A stretch of DNA of 18,974 nucleotides. It comes from a virus (taxonomy: Duplodnaviria > Heunggongvirae > Uroviricota > Caudoviricetes). The stretch is taken from positions 83,489 to 102,462 of IMG/VR virus record IMGVR_UViG_3300036876_000145; one strand, 5' to 3'. The notes beneath the pieces were generated by a model. The model was not told the origin of the DNA. It saw nothing but the letters and a program-made list of their open reading frames with translations, and made no database searches. A program made the translations under genes and the position numbers. Position 1 is the first letter of the stretch; every line of letters begins with the position of its first letter. This document shows positions 5,823 through 12,356 of this stretch, piece after piece.

Positions 5823-5926
5823 GTAGGCTTCCGAGGGATACCTCGGTGACAGTTGTTCTGAGGTCATCTCTTCATGAGGGGCTGAACAGGGAACGGCAGC
5901 GTGGGGAAACCCACAAGCCTACACCA
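5823..5926 (+). ncRNA. 104-nt structured RNA of unknown class, closed by the 8-bp stem GTAGGCTT/AAGCCTAC and ending in ACCA
   Basis: The internal hairpins are perfect: CCGAGG-GATA-CCTCGG (6 bp, 4-nt loop) and GTGGG-GAAA-CCCAC (GNRA tetraloop). Its position in the array and its A-CCA end are tRNA-like, but there is no 7-nt T-loop. Confidence 0.35.
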
Positions 5927-5929
5927 TTT

Positions 5930-6005
5930 GCGCTGTTAGATTAGCGGTAAAATCGTCACCATGACAAGGTGAAAATCGGGGGTTCGATTCCCTCACGGCG
6001 CACCA
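5930..6005 (+). tRNA. tRNA-Val(GAC)
   Basis: Acceptor is GCGCTGT/ACGGCGC with A73 and encoded CCA. D-stem is GATT/AATC. Anticodon stem is TCACC/GGTGA with loop ATGACAA. T-arm is GGGGG-TTCGATT-CCCTC. Confidence 0.75.
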
Positions 6006-6017
6006 GTTTTTAAATAT

Positions 6018-6095
6018 GGCGTTGTCTTCTAAATGGTCTAGGAAAACTGACTTTCAATCAGTGGAATGCCGGTTCAACTCCGGTCAACGCTACCA
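6018..6095 (+). tRNA. tRNA-Glu(UUC)
   Basis: Acceptor is GGCGTTG/CAACGCT with A73 and encoded CCA. Anticodon stem is ACTGA/TCAGT with loop CTTTCAA. T-arm is GCCGG-TTCAACT-CCGGT. Confidence 0.75.
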
Positions 6096-6102
6096 GAATT
6101 GA

Positions 6103-6177
6103 GAGGGAGTAGCTCAGCGGTAGAGCAGAATATTGCCAATATTCAGGTCGCGGGTTCAACTCCCGTCTCCCTCTCCA
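6103..6177 (+). tRNA. tRNA-Gly(GCC), second copy
   Basis: Acceptor is GAGGGAG/CTCCCTC with U73 and encoded CCA. D-stem is GCTC/GAGC. Anticodon stem is GAATA/TATTC with loop TTGCCAA. T-arm is GCGGG-TTCAACT-CCCGT. Confidence 0.75.
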
Positions 6178-6372
6178 ACATTTATGCGAATCTATTCAAA
6201 AGTTTATTTTCGCTTTATGGTGTGTTATGAGAAAACTAAAGAGACTAAGCAAGGTCAAACTCGTGAAGGAAATGTCCAGGGAGAGGGTGCCAGTCCCCGC
6301 GACCCGCAAGATTGAAAATAAGAAAAAGAAATTTTTGCGTTACTTAGAAACACATTGGCAGGAAGATGAATT

Positions 6373-6448
6373 GGGGGTATAGCTCAGCTGGGAGAGCGCA
6401 TCGTTTGCAACGATGAGGTCGTCGGTTCGATCCCGTCTACCTCCACCA
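6373..6448 (+). tRNA. tRNA-Ala(UGC), bacterial-type (5' end GGGGGTATAGCTCAGCTGGGAGAGCGC)
   Basis: Acceptor GGGGGTA/TACCTCC has G3:U70, with A73 and encoded CCA. Anticodon stem is CATCG/CGATG with loop TTTGCAA. The T-loop is TTCGATC. Confidence 0.8.
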
Positions 6449-6463
6449 AAATTTAGGGGATGT

Positions 6464-6823
6464 ATGTTAAAGGAATTAAACGACTACAACTGGGCTGAAG
6501 TATTTGGTGAGGGAAGCGGTGGAAACTGCTTTTCGATCAAGCCAAATCGTGCCCCACAAGATACGGAGACATCCATTGGTACGTTTTCCCGCGAGGATGT
6601 AAAAAAACTCTATGGGCAATCTGACGGTGAAAATGATGAACAAAGTTGGGTATGTTGGGGTAAACTAAAAGACGGTCGCTGGTTTGTTGCTCGTGGCGAC
6701 TGCGATTACACCGGCTGGGATTGCAGTGCATCTAATAGCGGAGATGTTGCATCGTCTAAAAAAGATATTATCCGTTTTGGGCTTGATGCTAACGAGCGAT
6801 CACGTTTTAATTTGACGATTTAA
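6464..6823 (+). CDS. hypothetical protein (119 aa, Trp/Cys/Gly-rich)
   Basis: Internal ATG at 6464 of track ORF 6413-6823 has AGGGGA upstream; the part of the track ORF upstream of 6464 overlaps tRNA-Ala. No recognisable motifs. Confidence 0.55.
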   Translation: MLKELNDYNWAEVFGEGSGGNCFSIKPNRAPQDTETSIGTFSREDVKKLYGQSDGENDEQSWVCWGKLKDGRWFVARGDCDYTGWDCSASNSGDVASSKKDIIRFGLDANERSRFNLTI

Positions 6824-6845
6824 AATTTTGATTACGGCTCACAGC

Positions 6846-7019
6846 CTATCTTCCTCGTAATCTCTGCCGTAATTTAGTCATAGGGTTATGCGCCACTTTA
6901 GCTGCCCTCTTAACCACGGGGCAATCACTCATTTTTTTAGCACAACGTGGTAAATCTCCTCGCTGCCCCCACACCTTACCTGGTTGACCGCATCCGTATT
7001 GACAGTAAACTTCATCCAT
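6846..7019 (-). CDS. possible 57-aa Cys4 zinc-ribbon protein (MDEVYCQYGCGQPGKVWGQRGDLPRCAKKMSDCPVV...)
   Basis: Found by manual reverse-strand translation; it is under 60 aa and so not in the track. It carries four Cys residues. There is no SD, and its start overlaps the + strand promoter prediction. Confidence 0.25.
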   Translation of the reverse strand: MDEVYCQYGCGQPGKVWGQRGDLPRCAKKMSDCPVVKRAAKVAHNPMTKLRQRLRGR

Positions 7020-7027
7020 ATTAAATA
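6999..7027 (+). promoter_or_regulatory. sigma70-like promoter: TTGACA (6999-7004), 17-nt spacer, TAAATA (7022-7027)
   Basis: Consensus -35, 17-bp spacer and an A/T-rich -10, about 45 nt upstream of the phosphoesterase ATG. Confidence 0.45.
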
Positions 7028-7032
7028 CATGC

Positions 7033-7066
7033 GGTATTATAGATAATGGGGTATTATAGATAATGG
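7033..7066 (+). repeat. tandem direct repeat, 2 x 17 bp GGTATTATAGATAATGG, plus a partial third copy (GGTACTTAT), in the leader of the phosphoesterase gene
   Basis: Read directly from the sequence. Each unit carries TATTAT and TAGATAAT, which are -10-like elements. Confidence 0.6.
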
Positions 7067-7073
7067 GGTACTT

Positions 7074-7766
7074 ATGCCAAAAATAGTTTTTATTTCAGAT
7101 ACTCATGGGTTACACGGTCAGATGCAGGTGCCCGAAGGAGATATTTTAGTTCATGCTGGAGATATGACTAATGTAGGGCGTATAAATGAAGTTGCTGCCT
7201 TGGGCGTATGGCTCCGTGAAATGGAAAAACGTTTTAAATTTATCGTGATCGTCGCGGGTAATCACGATTGGCTTTTTCAGAAAAATAGAGCCTTGGCTGA
7301 AAGCCTGATAAATCAAGGTACAATGGGAGAAGCTACGGGTAAAATCATCTATTTACAAGATAGTGGAGTTACAATTGATGGCTTAAAAATACATGGAAGT
7401 CCTCAAACTCCTTGGTTTTTTGATTGGGCCTTTAATGTACGCCGAGGAGAACTTAAGCCCTATTGGGATAAGATCCCTGAAGGTCTGGACATATTAATTA
7501 CTCACGGTCCTCCCAGTGGTATACTGGATCAAGCAGACCCTCATTTAGGCAGTGAACATGTAGGCTGTGAAGAACTTATGGAAGCGGTGGAGCGCACCAA
7601 ACCAAAAATCCATGTATTCGGACATATACATGGCGGGTATGGTAAAATGGAACATGTGAATACCACATTTATCAATGCTTCAATTTGCGATGAACGGTAC
7701 AAACCGATTAACGCCCCTTGGGTTATTGATATGGAGCCCCGTGATACACATGGCGAAGAAAAATAA
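7074..7766 (+). CDS. calcineurin-like metallophosphoesterase (binuclear metal phosphatase/phosphodiesterase)
   Basis: The MPP signature motifs are present: FISDTHG, HAGDMTN, VAGNHD, ITHGPP and GHIHGGYG. Confidence 0.85.
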   Translation: MPKIVFISDTHGLHGQMQVPEGDILVHAGDMTNVGRINEVAALGVWLREMEKRFKFIVIVAGNHDWLFQKNRALAESLINQGTMGEATGKIIYLQDSGVTIDGLKIHGSPQTPWFFDWAFNVRRGELKPYWDKIPEGLDILITHGPPSGILDQADPHLGSEHVGCEELMEAVERTKPKIHVFGHIHGGYGKMEHVNTTFINASICDERYKPINAPWVIDMEPRDTHGEEK

Positions 7767-7938
7767 GCTACCTTCGGCGGCTTTATTGTTAAAAACTTTG
7801 GCTGGTGTAATGGCTATGGGATTACCTTACAAAAAAGGAATCTGTATATCTTGTGGGGTAACAGAAAGTAAAAAACATCACACTGACTGCTACTATCTAG
7901 ACGCTTTGAATTTGATAGTGAAATATTATAAGCCATGA
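7750..7938 (+). CDS. hypothetical small protein (63 aa, Cys/His-rich C-terminus), start overlapping the phosphoesterase stop
   Basis: ATG at 7750 lies within the phosphoesterase 3' end, suggesting translational coupling. It is the internal start of track ORF 7675-7938, whose upstream part overlaps the phosphoesterase CDS and is rejected. Confidence 0.4.
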   Translation: MAKKNKLPSAALLLKTLAGVMAMGLPYKKGICISCGVTESKKHHTDCYYLDALNLIVKYYKP

Positions 7939-7956
7939 ACGGTAGTTGAGGAGCGC

Positions 7957-7978
7957 AATCCCAGACTTTTAGTCTGGG
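7957..7978 (+). repeat. hairpin repeat copy 1: AATCCCAGACT-ttt-AGTCTGGG (8-bp perfect stem)
   Basis: A near-identical copy lies at 8180-8201. No T-tract follows. Confidence 0.6.
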
Positions 7979-8014
7979 CTAGCGAATGCCTTTGACTTTA
8001 GAAAGGAGGACACA

Positions 8015-8170
8015 ATGATTCAGTATCAACTCAAGTTGAGAATGTGCAAGTCGCAAGAACAACAATGCGAACAGTTTCTTTATCACCTGTCCTCTGTTTG
8101 GAACTGGGCGGTGAGGAAGATAGAACTCAGCGCGGCAGGATGTGCCGTCGAGGGTTACGCTTATGTGTAG
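8015..8170 (+). pseudogene. TnpB (IS200/IS605 OrfB)-like N-terminal fragment, 51 codons, with a strong SD
   Basis: MIQYQLKLRMCKSQEQQCEQFLYHLSSVWNWAV fits my recollection of the TnpB N-terminal pattern (Y.YKL.P...Q...L......R.VWNWAL). The consensus is recalled from memory, not taken from an alignment. AAAGGAGG lies 5 nt upstream of the ATG. The ORF stops after 51 codons, between the two identical hairpins. Confidence 0.4.
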
Positions 8171-8438
8171 CCGTTCAGGAATCCCAGACTTCAAGTCTGG
8201 GAGCATCAATAACGACCCTAAACTCGTAGCACTGGCTATACTTGTTCGAAAATACGGCACCAAAATATCTGGGGGTGCATACGAAATTTTCATTACCAGT
8301 GAAGATTTTGCAGATTTTTCTTCATTCGGTGAATTGGTTGAGACGAAGGATGAAGAACGCAAAAGACTCAGTTTGCGTTATTATCCTAATCCTACAATTG
8401 AAGGTGAAGGTGGACTTATTGAATCGACCGGGGGTTAA
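8142..8438 (+). CDS. hypothetical protein (track ORF, 98 aa); the start is doubtful
   Basis: The only ATG lies inside the TnpB-like fragment. The acidic C-terminal half has a plausible codon structure. Confidence 0.2.
   Translation: MPSRVTLMCSRSGIPDFKSGSINNDPKLVALAILVRKYGTKISGGAYEIFITSEDFADFSSFGELVETKDEERKRLSLRYYPNPTIEGEGGLIESTGG
8180..8201 (+). repeat. hairpin repeat copy 2: AATCCCAGACT-tca-AGTCTGGG
   Basis: Direct repeat of the 7957-7978 hairpin. Together they bracket the TnpB-like fragment, in an arrangement like the left and right end hairpins of an IS200/IS605 element. Confidence 0.6.
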
Positions 8439-8453
8439 ACATTCAGGTGAAAA

Positions 8454-9023
8454 ATGATTGATCCGTATGATTTGACTAAGCCTTGGGATCAACGCCGTCT
8501 TCAGGAATGGTTCTTATTCGGGATTTGTGTAGCTGGGAAGGGTGCAGGTCAAACCGCTAGGAAAATTGAAGCTTTACTGGACGACATGCGAATTAAGACT
8601 CGTACTGAATTATTCCCCCCATTCGTTCTTGTGAGTCGATCTATTAAAAGCGGAAAACTGGGATACTTTCTACGTAAGCACAAATTAGGTCAATACAAAC
8701 GAATCAATAAAGCGATGCGCGGCATGATCAAAATTGATCCCCAGACTGTTACATTGGAAGAACTTGAGCAGATCCCTGGATTAGGACCGAAGACAGCGCG
8801 TATGCTGTTACTATATACTCGTCCCGACCAGGAAATGATTCCATTGGATACTCATATCTTGCGCTGGCTTCGAAATAATGGGTATAACGCCCCTAAAACT
8901 ACTCCACCAGCGGGAAAGAAATATAGAGAATTGGAGTTGGCTTTTATCGCTGAAGGCAAAAAACGCGGATTATCCCCAAAAGATTGGGATACATTAGTTT
9001 GGCAGCAAGGCGCTAGTAAGTAA
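8454..9023 (+). CDS. HhH-GPD superfamily DNA glycosylase (Ogg2/AGOG-like 8-oxoguanine glycosylase fold)
   Basis: A helix-hairpin-helix motif (LEELEQIPGLGPKTARMLLLY) is followed by the catalytic Asp context PLDTHILRWL. A protein of about 190 aa is typical of small Ogg-type enzymes. Confidence 0.7.
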   Translation: MIDPYDLTKPWDQRRLQEWFLFGICVAGKGAGQTARKIEALLDDMRIKTRTELFPPFVLVSRSIKSGKLGYFLRKHKLGQYKRINKAMRGMIKIDPQTVTLEELEQIPGLGPKTARMLLLYTRPDQEMIPLDTHILRWLRNNGYNAPKTTPPAGKKYRELELAFIAEGKKRGLSPKDWDTLVWQQGASK

Positions 9024-9078
9024 TAGAATCAACAACTTCAGACTTTTTAACTTTAGGTTTCTTGAGTAGGAGAAACCT

Positions 9079-9762
9079 ATGTTCAATTACATCCCTACTT
9101 CCAGGTTAGCTGCCTCATCCGTTTCTCCCCTAAAAACAGCCCCCCGATTTAGAAGTGACCTATTACTCCCAAAAAATAAAAATTGGGCTCAAAGTGTAAA
9201 TTATCTTCGTGATTTTTATACAGATATTCAATTACTCTGGGGTGTTCATGAATCTGAGTCCAACGATCCTTACGACCCAGAGAAAGATAGACAAATTTTT
9301 AAAAAACTAGAGCCTATGCTCCACGAATTGATTCTTGGGATGGATGGAGTATCCAAAGAGCGTACTCAGCGTATGGATATTGCTAAGGCTATTCAAACGG
9401 CTATTTACGATTTCGAAACAGCAACTACTTATGCTCAAACTACAGATTATGCGATGGCGTTAGTATATTTTAATTATGCTTTGGATAGAATTCATTACCA
9501 ACTTGACAGTTTGACAATTGAAGCAAATAAAGAAAACAGTAGTAGGAAGTTGGGTTACGGGTATGACACATCAGGAAATATTGGGGAACAAGGTGGAACT
9601 AGCGGAAACGATAGACATCAATGGGATACCGGGAATTCACCAAAACTCGATAGAACCCCAATGAATCCAGCTAATATGGGAGATTTTGAAGCAGAAAATG
9701 ACTACCCTGAACTTGCAAAATTTAAACATAAAAGAGTATTTTGGCCGCCGCGTACACGATAA
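9079..9762 (+). CDS. hypothetical protein (227 aa)
   Basis: ATG has a TAGGAGAAACC SD. There are no recognisable motifs. It lies immediately upstream of the fibre gene block, so it could be a chaperone or assembly protein. Confidence 0.65.
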   Translation: MFNYIPTSRLAASSVSPLKTAPRFRSDLLLPKNKNWAQSVNYLRDFYTDIQLLWGVHESESNDPYDPEKDRQIFKKLEPMLHELILGMDGVSKERTQRMDIAKAIQTAIYDFETATTYAQTTDYAMALVYFNYALDRIHYQLDSLTIEANKENSSRKLGYGYDTSGNIGEQGGTSGNDRHQWDTGNSPKLDRTPMNPANMGDFEAENDYPELAKFKHKRVFWPPRTR

Positions 9763-9770
9763 GGATAAAT

Positions 9771-12347
9771 ATGTCATCGCCAACTAAAGTAGTTATATTC
9801 AATCCCACATCCACTCTTTTTGATATTGTAAATGGAGTTGATGGCGTTATTGTTCCTTCCAGTGGCGCTGCTTCGGCTGGTATTCCTGTAGTACTGAATC
9901 CTAATGGTGTTATTGATCCTAGTCTTACAAGCAGTGGTGTATCCGCATTGGTTAACTCATTTACTGGATTATCTAGTGGTAATTTGGTGACTTTGTACAT
10001 AAGTGGTGGTGTGTTAGTTATGCAGCCATCTACTGCATCTCCCACTGGACACGGAGTAAATGCTCCTGAACCTCCCAACGGCTGGTATTCTCCCGCGTTA
10101 GGGTTTGTTGATGCCTCTTACAATTATGGGGTAACCGGCACTGTATATTTTTCAGGTAGTTTTAAGTACACAGACACAATCGGGGAGTTTACGGCTAATA
10201 GTGTAGGCGATGTTGTATGGCTAGCGGATTCCGGAGACGGCTTGCACAGCCCAGGCGCTATCACACTCACAACCCCAGCAAGTCAATCATCACCACCATA
10301 CTCACCTTTAAGACAGTCTGTGGGACTGGTCACTAACTATGTGGGTGGAGTAGTAACCGTAAGTTTTAACCCATCGTTTCCAAATTCTGGCATAGGAACT
10401 GTTACAAGTGTAGGTTTAGCTGTACCTTCATGGCTGACTATAAGCAGTGCTAGTAATCCAATTATTTATAATGGCACTTTTACCATCGCTTCGGCACTTG
10501 GATTAGCAGCGAATCAAGTACTCGCAACACCTATCTCTGGCACTGGCATTTTGAGTCCTAGATTATTGGTAGCTAAAGATATTCCAGGTGTTTCAGGAGT
10601 AACTGTAAGCAGCACACCTCCAACTACAAATCAAATTCTCGTAGCTACCAGTGGAACTACCGCTACATGGCAAACTTTTTCAACAGGCTCGGGCACTGTA
10701 AACTCTGGAACTGGGGGACAACTTGCTTTTTATTCCGCTACTGGAACTACAGTATCAGGTAACGCCAATGTTACAGCATCTGTTGGTACTCTTACTTTGG
10801 GGGTGCCCGGATCGGTTGTAGGGTCGATAATATTAGGTCAGTCAAATGCTTTCACAACCATTATAACCGGTGCGGCAACATCTAATTGGACTATGACCTT
10901 GCCTCCGACGGCCGGAACATCAGGGCAACAATTACAAACTAATGGATCGGGTGTAACCACTTGGGTGACACCATCTACCACACAAAACGCACAAACTGGA
11001 ACTTCGTATTTATTCGCAAATTCCGATAACGGCAAATATATATCTTTTAAAAATACATCCGCTGTAACCGTTACTATCCCACAAGCCGGAGCGTCAAGTC
11101 AATTTTTAAGTGGGTGGTATTGCTTCATGCAAAATTTAGGTATAGGACAAGTAACAGTTGTTCCAACTATATCTACTATCAATACTTTTCCCAATATAAT
11201 TTTAGGTACATTCCAATCAGCTATGATTGTATCTGACGGAACCAATTATGAATGTACATTTACGAAAATAGTAAGTACAGATTATTATAATTCTATTAGT
11301 GCGTACCTGCAAAATGATGCCTCTGTTACTGAAGCTCAAAACCAAATCGTAATGCAGGATTTTTCAGTCGGGGGAAACAACCTAAAACGAAAAGGTTTGA
11401 ATATATTTTTAGAAACGAATGCTCAAATGGCAGCAACAAATTATGATGGGTTGCAGGTTAATGTGGGGGCTACGATTGCTTCCAATACTTCCGCATCCGC
11501 GGGACCTGTGGAAGCTGCTGAATTTTCAATATTTGCCTCTGGTTCTGCTGTTACATTACCCCAAATTAATGGTGTAAAAATTCGCACTAATGTACAAGCA
11601 AGTACGGCAGTCCAGAATGTAGTAGGGCTGAATTTTTACTTACCTGAAGTGTTTGGAACAGTAACAAATTATATCGGAATCTATATGGATTCCCCAACTG
11701 GCGGTGGGGTTATAGGCACATCTATAGGCGTAACAGCAGGATTAACACTTAATAATTTAAGTGCAGTTACAAATGAAATTGGATTGATTGCTTATGGAGC
11801 ATCGACCCCATCCACTTATGGGTACGGGATTTTGTCCACCGGTAAAACAGCCGGTATAGTTGCGAATGATCAAACAGTGGTGGGAAGTTTTATCGGACAC
11901 GGCGGAACATTTTCTTCTTACCCTATTGTTTTGCATGATGGTTGGTATGGAGGTACGGGAAGTCCTGAGGGGTCTCTTACCGCAGCTGTGGGATCAATGT
12001 TCTCTCGACAGGATAGCACCATTGGAGATTCTTTTTATGTAAAAACTTCAGGATCAGGAAATACTGGTTGGTCTCCAAGTTCAACTGTGGGACCCATTAA
12101 AACTGTGCTATCGACTTATTCTGTCACGAATTCTGATTCTACCATTAACTGTACAGGAACTTTTACAGTTACTTTACCTATTACAGGTATCGCGGTAGGA
12201 AAGAAATTTCGTGTTAAAAATATAGGGGTAGGTACAATCACAATTTCTTCAACTGCTAACATAGATTTTACAACATCTATATCTTTAACTATACAAGGTC
12301 AGGGTATAGAAGTGCAATGGGATGGCACACAGTATTGGTTGTACTAA
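9771..12347 (+). CDS. tail fibre protein 1 (Gly/Ser/Thr/Ala/Val-rich, about 858 aa)
   Basis: The track ORF is 9741-12347 (TTG start). The preferred ATG is about 30 nt downstream, with an AGGA RBS 5 nt upstream. The composition is the low-complexity beta-rich type seen in phage fibres. It shares the module TVTSVGLAVPSWL...NQVLATP.SG.L.PR.LVA.DIP with the next gene. Confidence 0.8.
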   Translation: MSSPTKVVIFNPTSTLFDIVNGVDGVIVPSSGAASAGIPVVLNPNGVIDPSLTSSGVSALVNSFTGLSSGNLVTLYISGGVLVMQPSTASPTGHGVNAPEPPNGWYSPALGFVDASYNYGVTGTVYFSGSFKYTDTIGEFTANSVGDVVWLADSGDGLHSPGAITLTTPASQSSPPYSPLRQSVGLVTNYVGGVVTVSFNPSFPNSGIGTVTSVGLAVPSWLTISSASNPIIYNGTFTIASALGLAANQVLATPISGTGILSPRLLVAKDIPGVSGVTVSSTPPTTNQILVATSGTTATWQTFSTGSGTVNSGTGGQLAFYSATGTTVSGNANVTASVGTLTLGVPGSVVGSIILGQSNAFTTIITGAATSNWTMTLPPTAGTSGQQLQTNGSGVTTWVTPSTTQNAQTGTSYLFANSDNGKYISFKNTSAVTVTIPQAGASSQFLSGWYCFMQNLGIGQVTVVPTISTINTFPNIILGTFQSAMIVSDGTNYECTFTKIVSTDYYNSISAYLQNDASVTEAQNQIVMQDFSVGGNNLKRKGLNIFLETNAQMAATNYDGLQVNVGATIASNTSASAGPVEAAEFSIFASGSAVTLPQINGVKIRTNVQASTAVQNVVGLNFYLPEVFGTVTNYIGIYMDSPTGGGVIGTSIGVTAGLTLNNLSAVTNEIGLIAYGASTPSTYGYGILSTGKTAGIVANDQTVVGSFIGHGGTFSSYPIVLHDGWYGGTGSPEGSLTAAVGSMFSRQDSTIGDSFYVKTSGSGNTGWSPSSTVGPIKTVLSTYSVTNSDSTINCTGTFTVTLPITGIAVGKKFRVKNIGVGTITISSTANIDFTTSISLTIQGQGIEVQWDGTQYWLY

Positions 12348-12356
12348 GGAAAATAA

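Noticed and set aside
5133-6315. Track ORFs overlapping the second tRNA cluster (5133-5471 +, 5556-5867 -, 6133-6315 +), and a 50-aa basic ORF at 6229-6381
   Set aside because: They read across tRNA genes and their spacers. They have no RBS support and are not coding. The 5559 start of the zinc-ribbon ORF was moved to the internal ATG at 5625 for the same reason.
7979-8457. ORFs 7979-8362 (-), 8044-8229 (+) and 8242-8457 (+) around the TnpB-like fragment
   Set aside because: They are alternative frames of the same short region. They lack RBS support, and the TnpB-like frame with its consensus SD is preferred.
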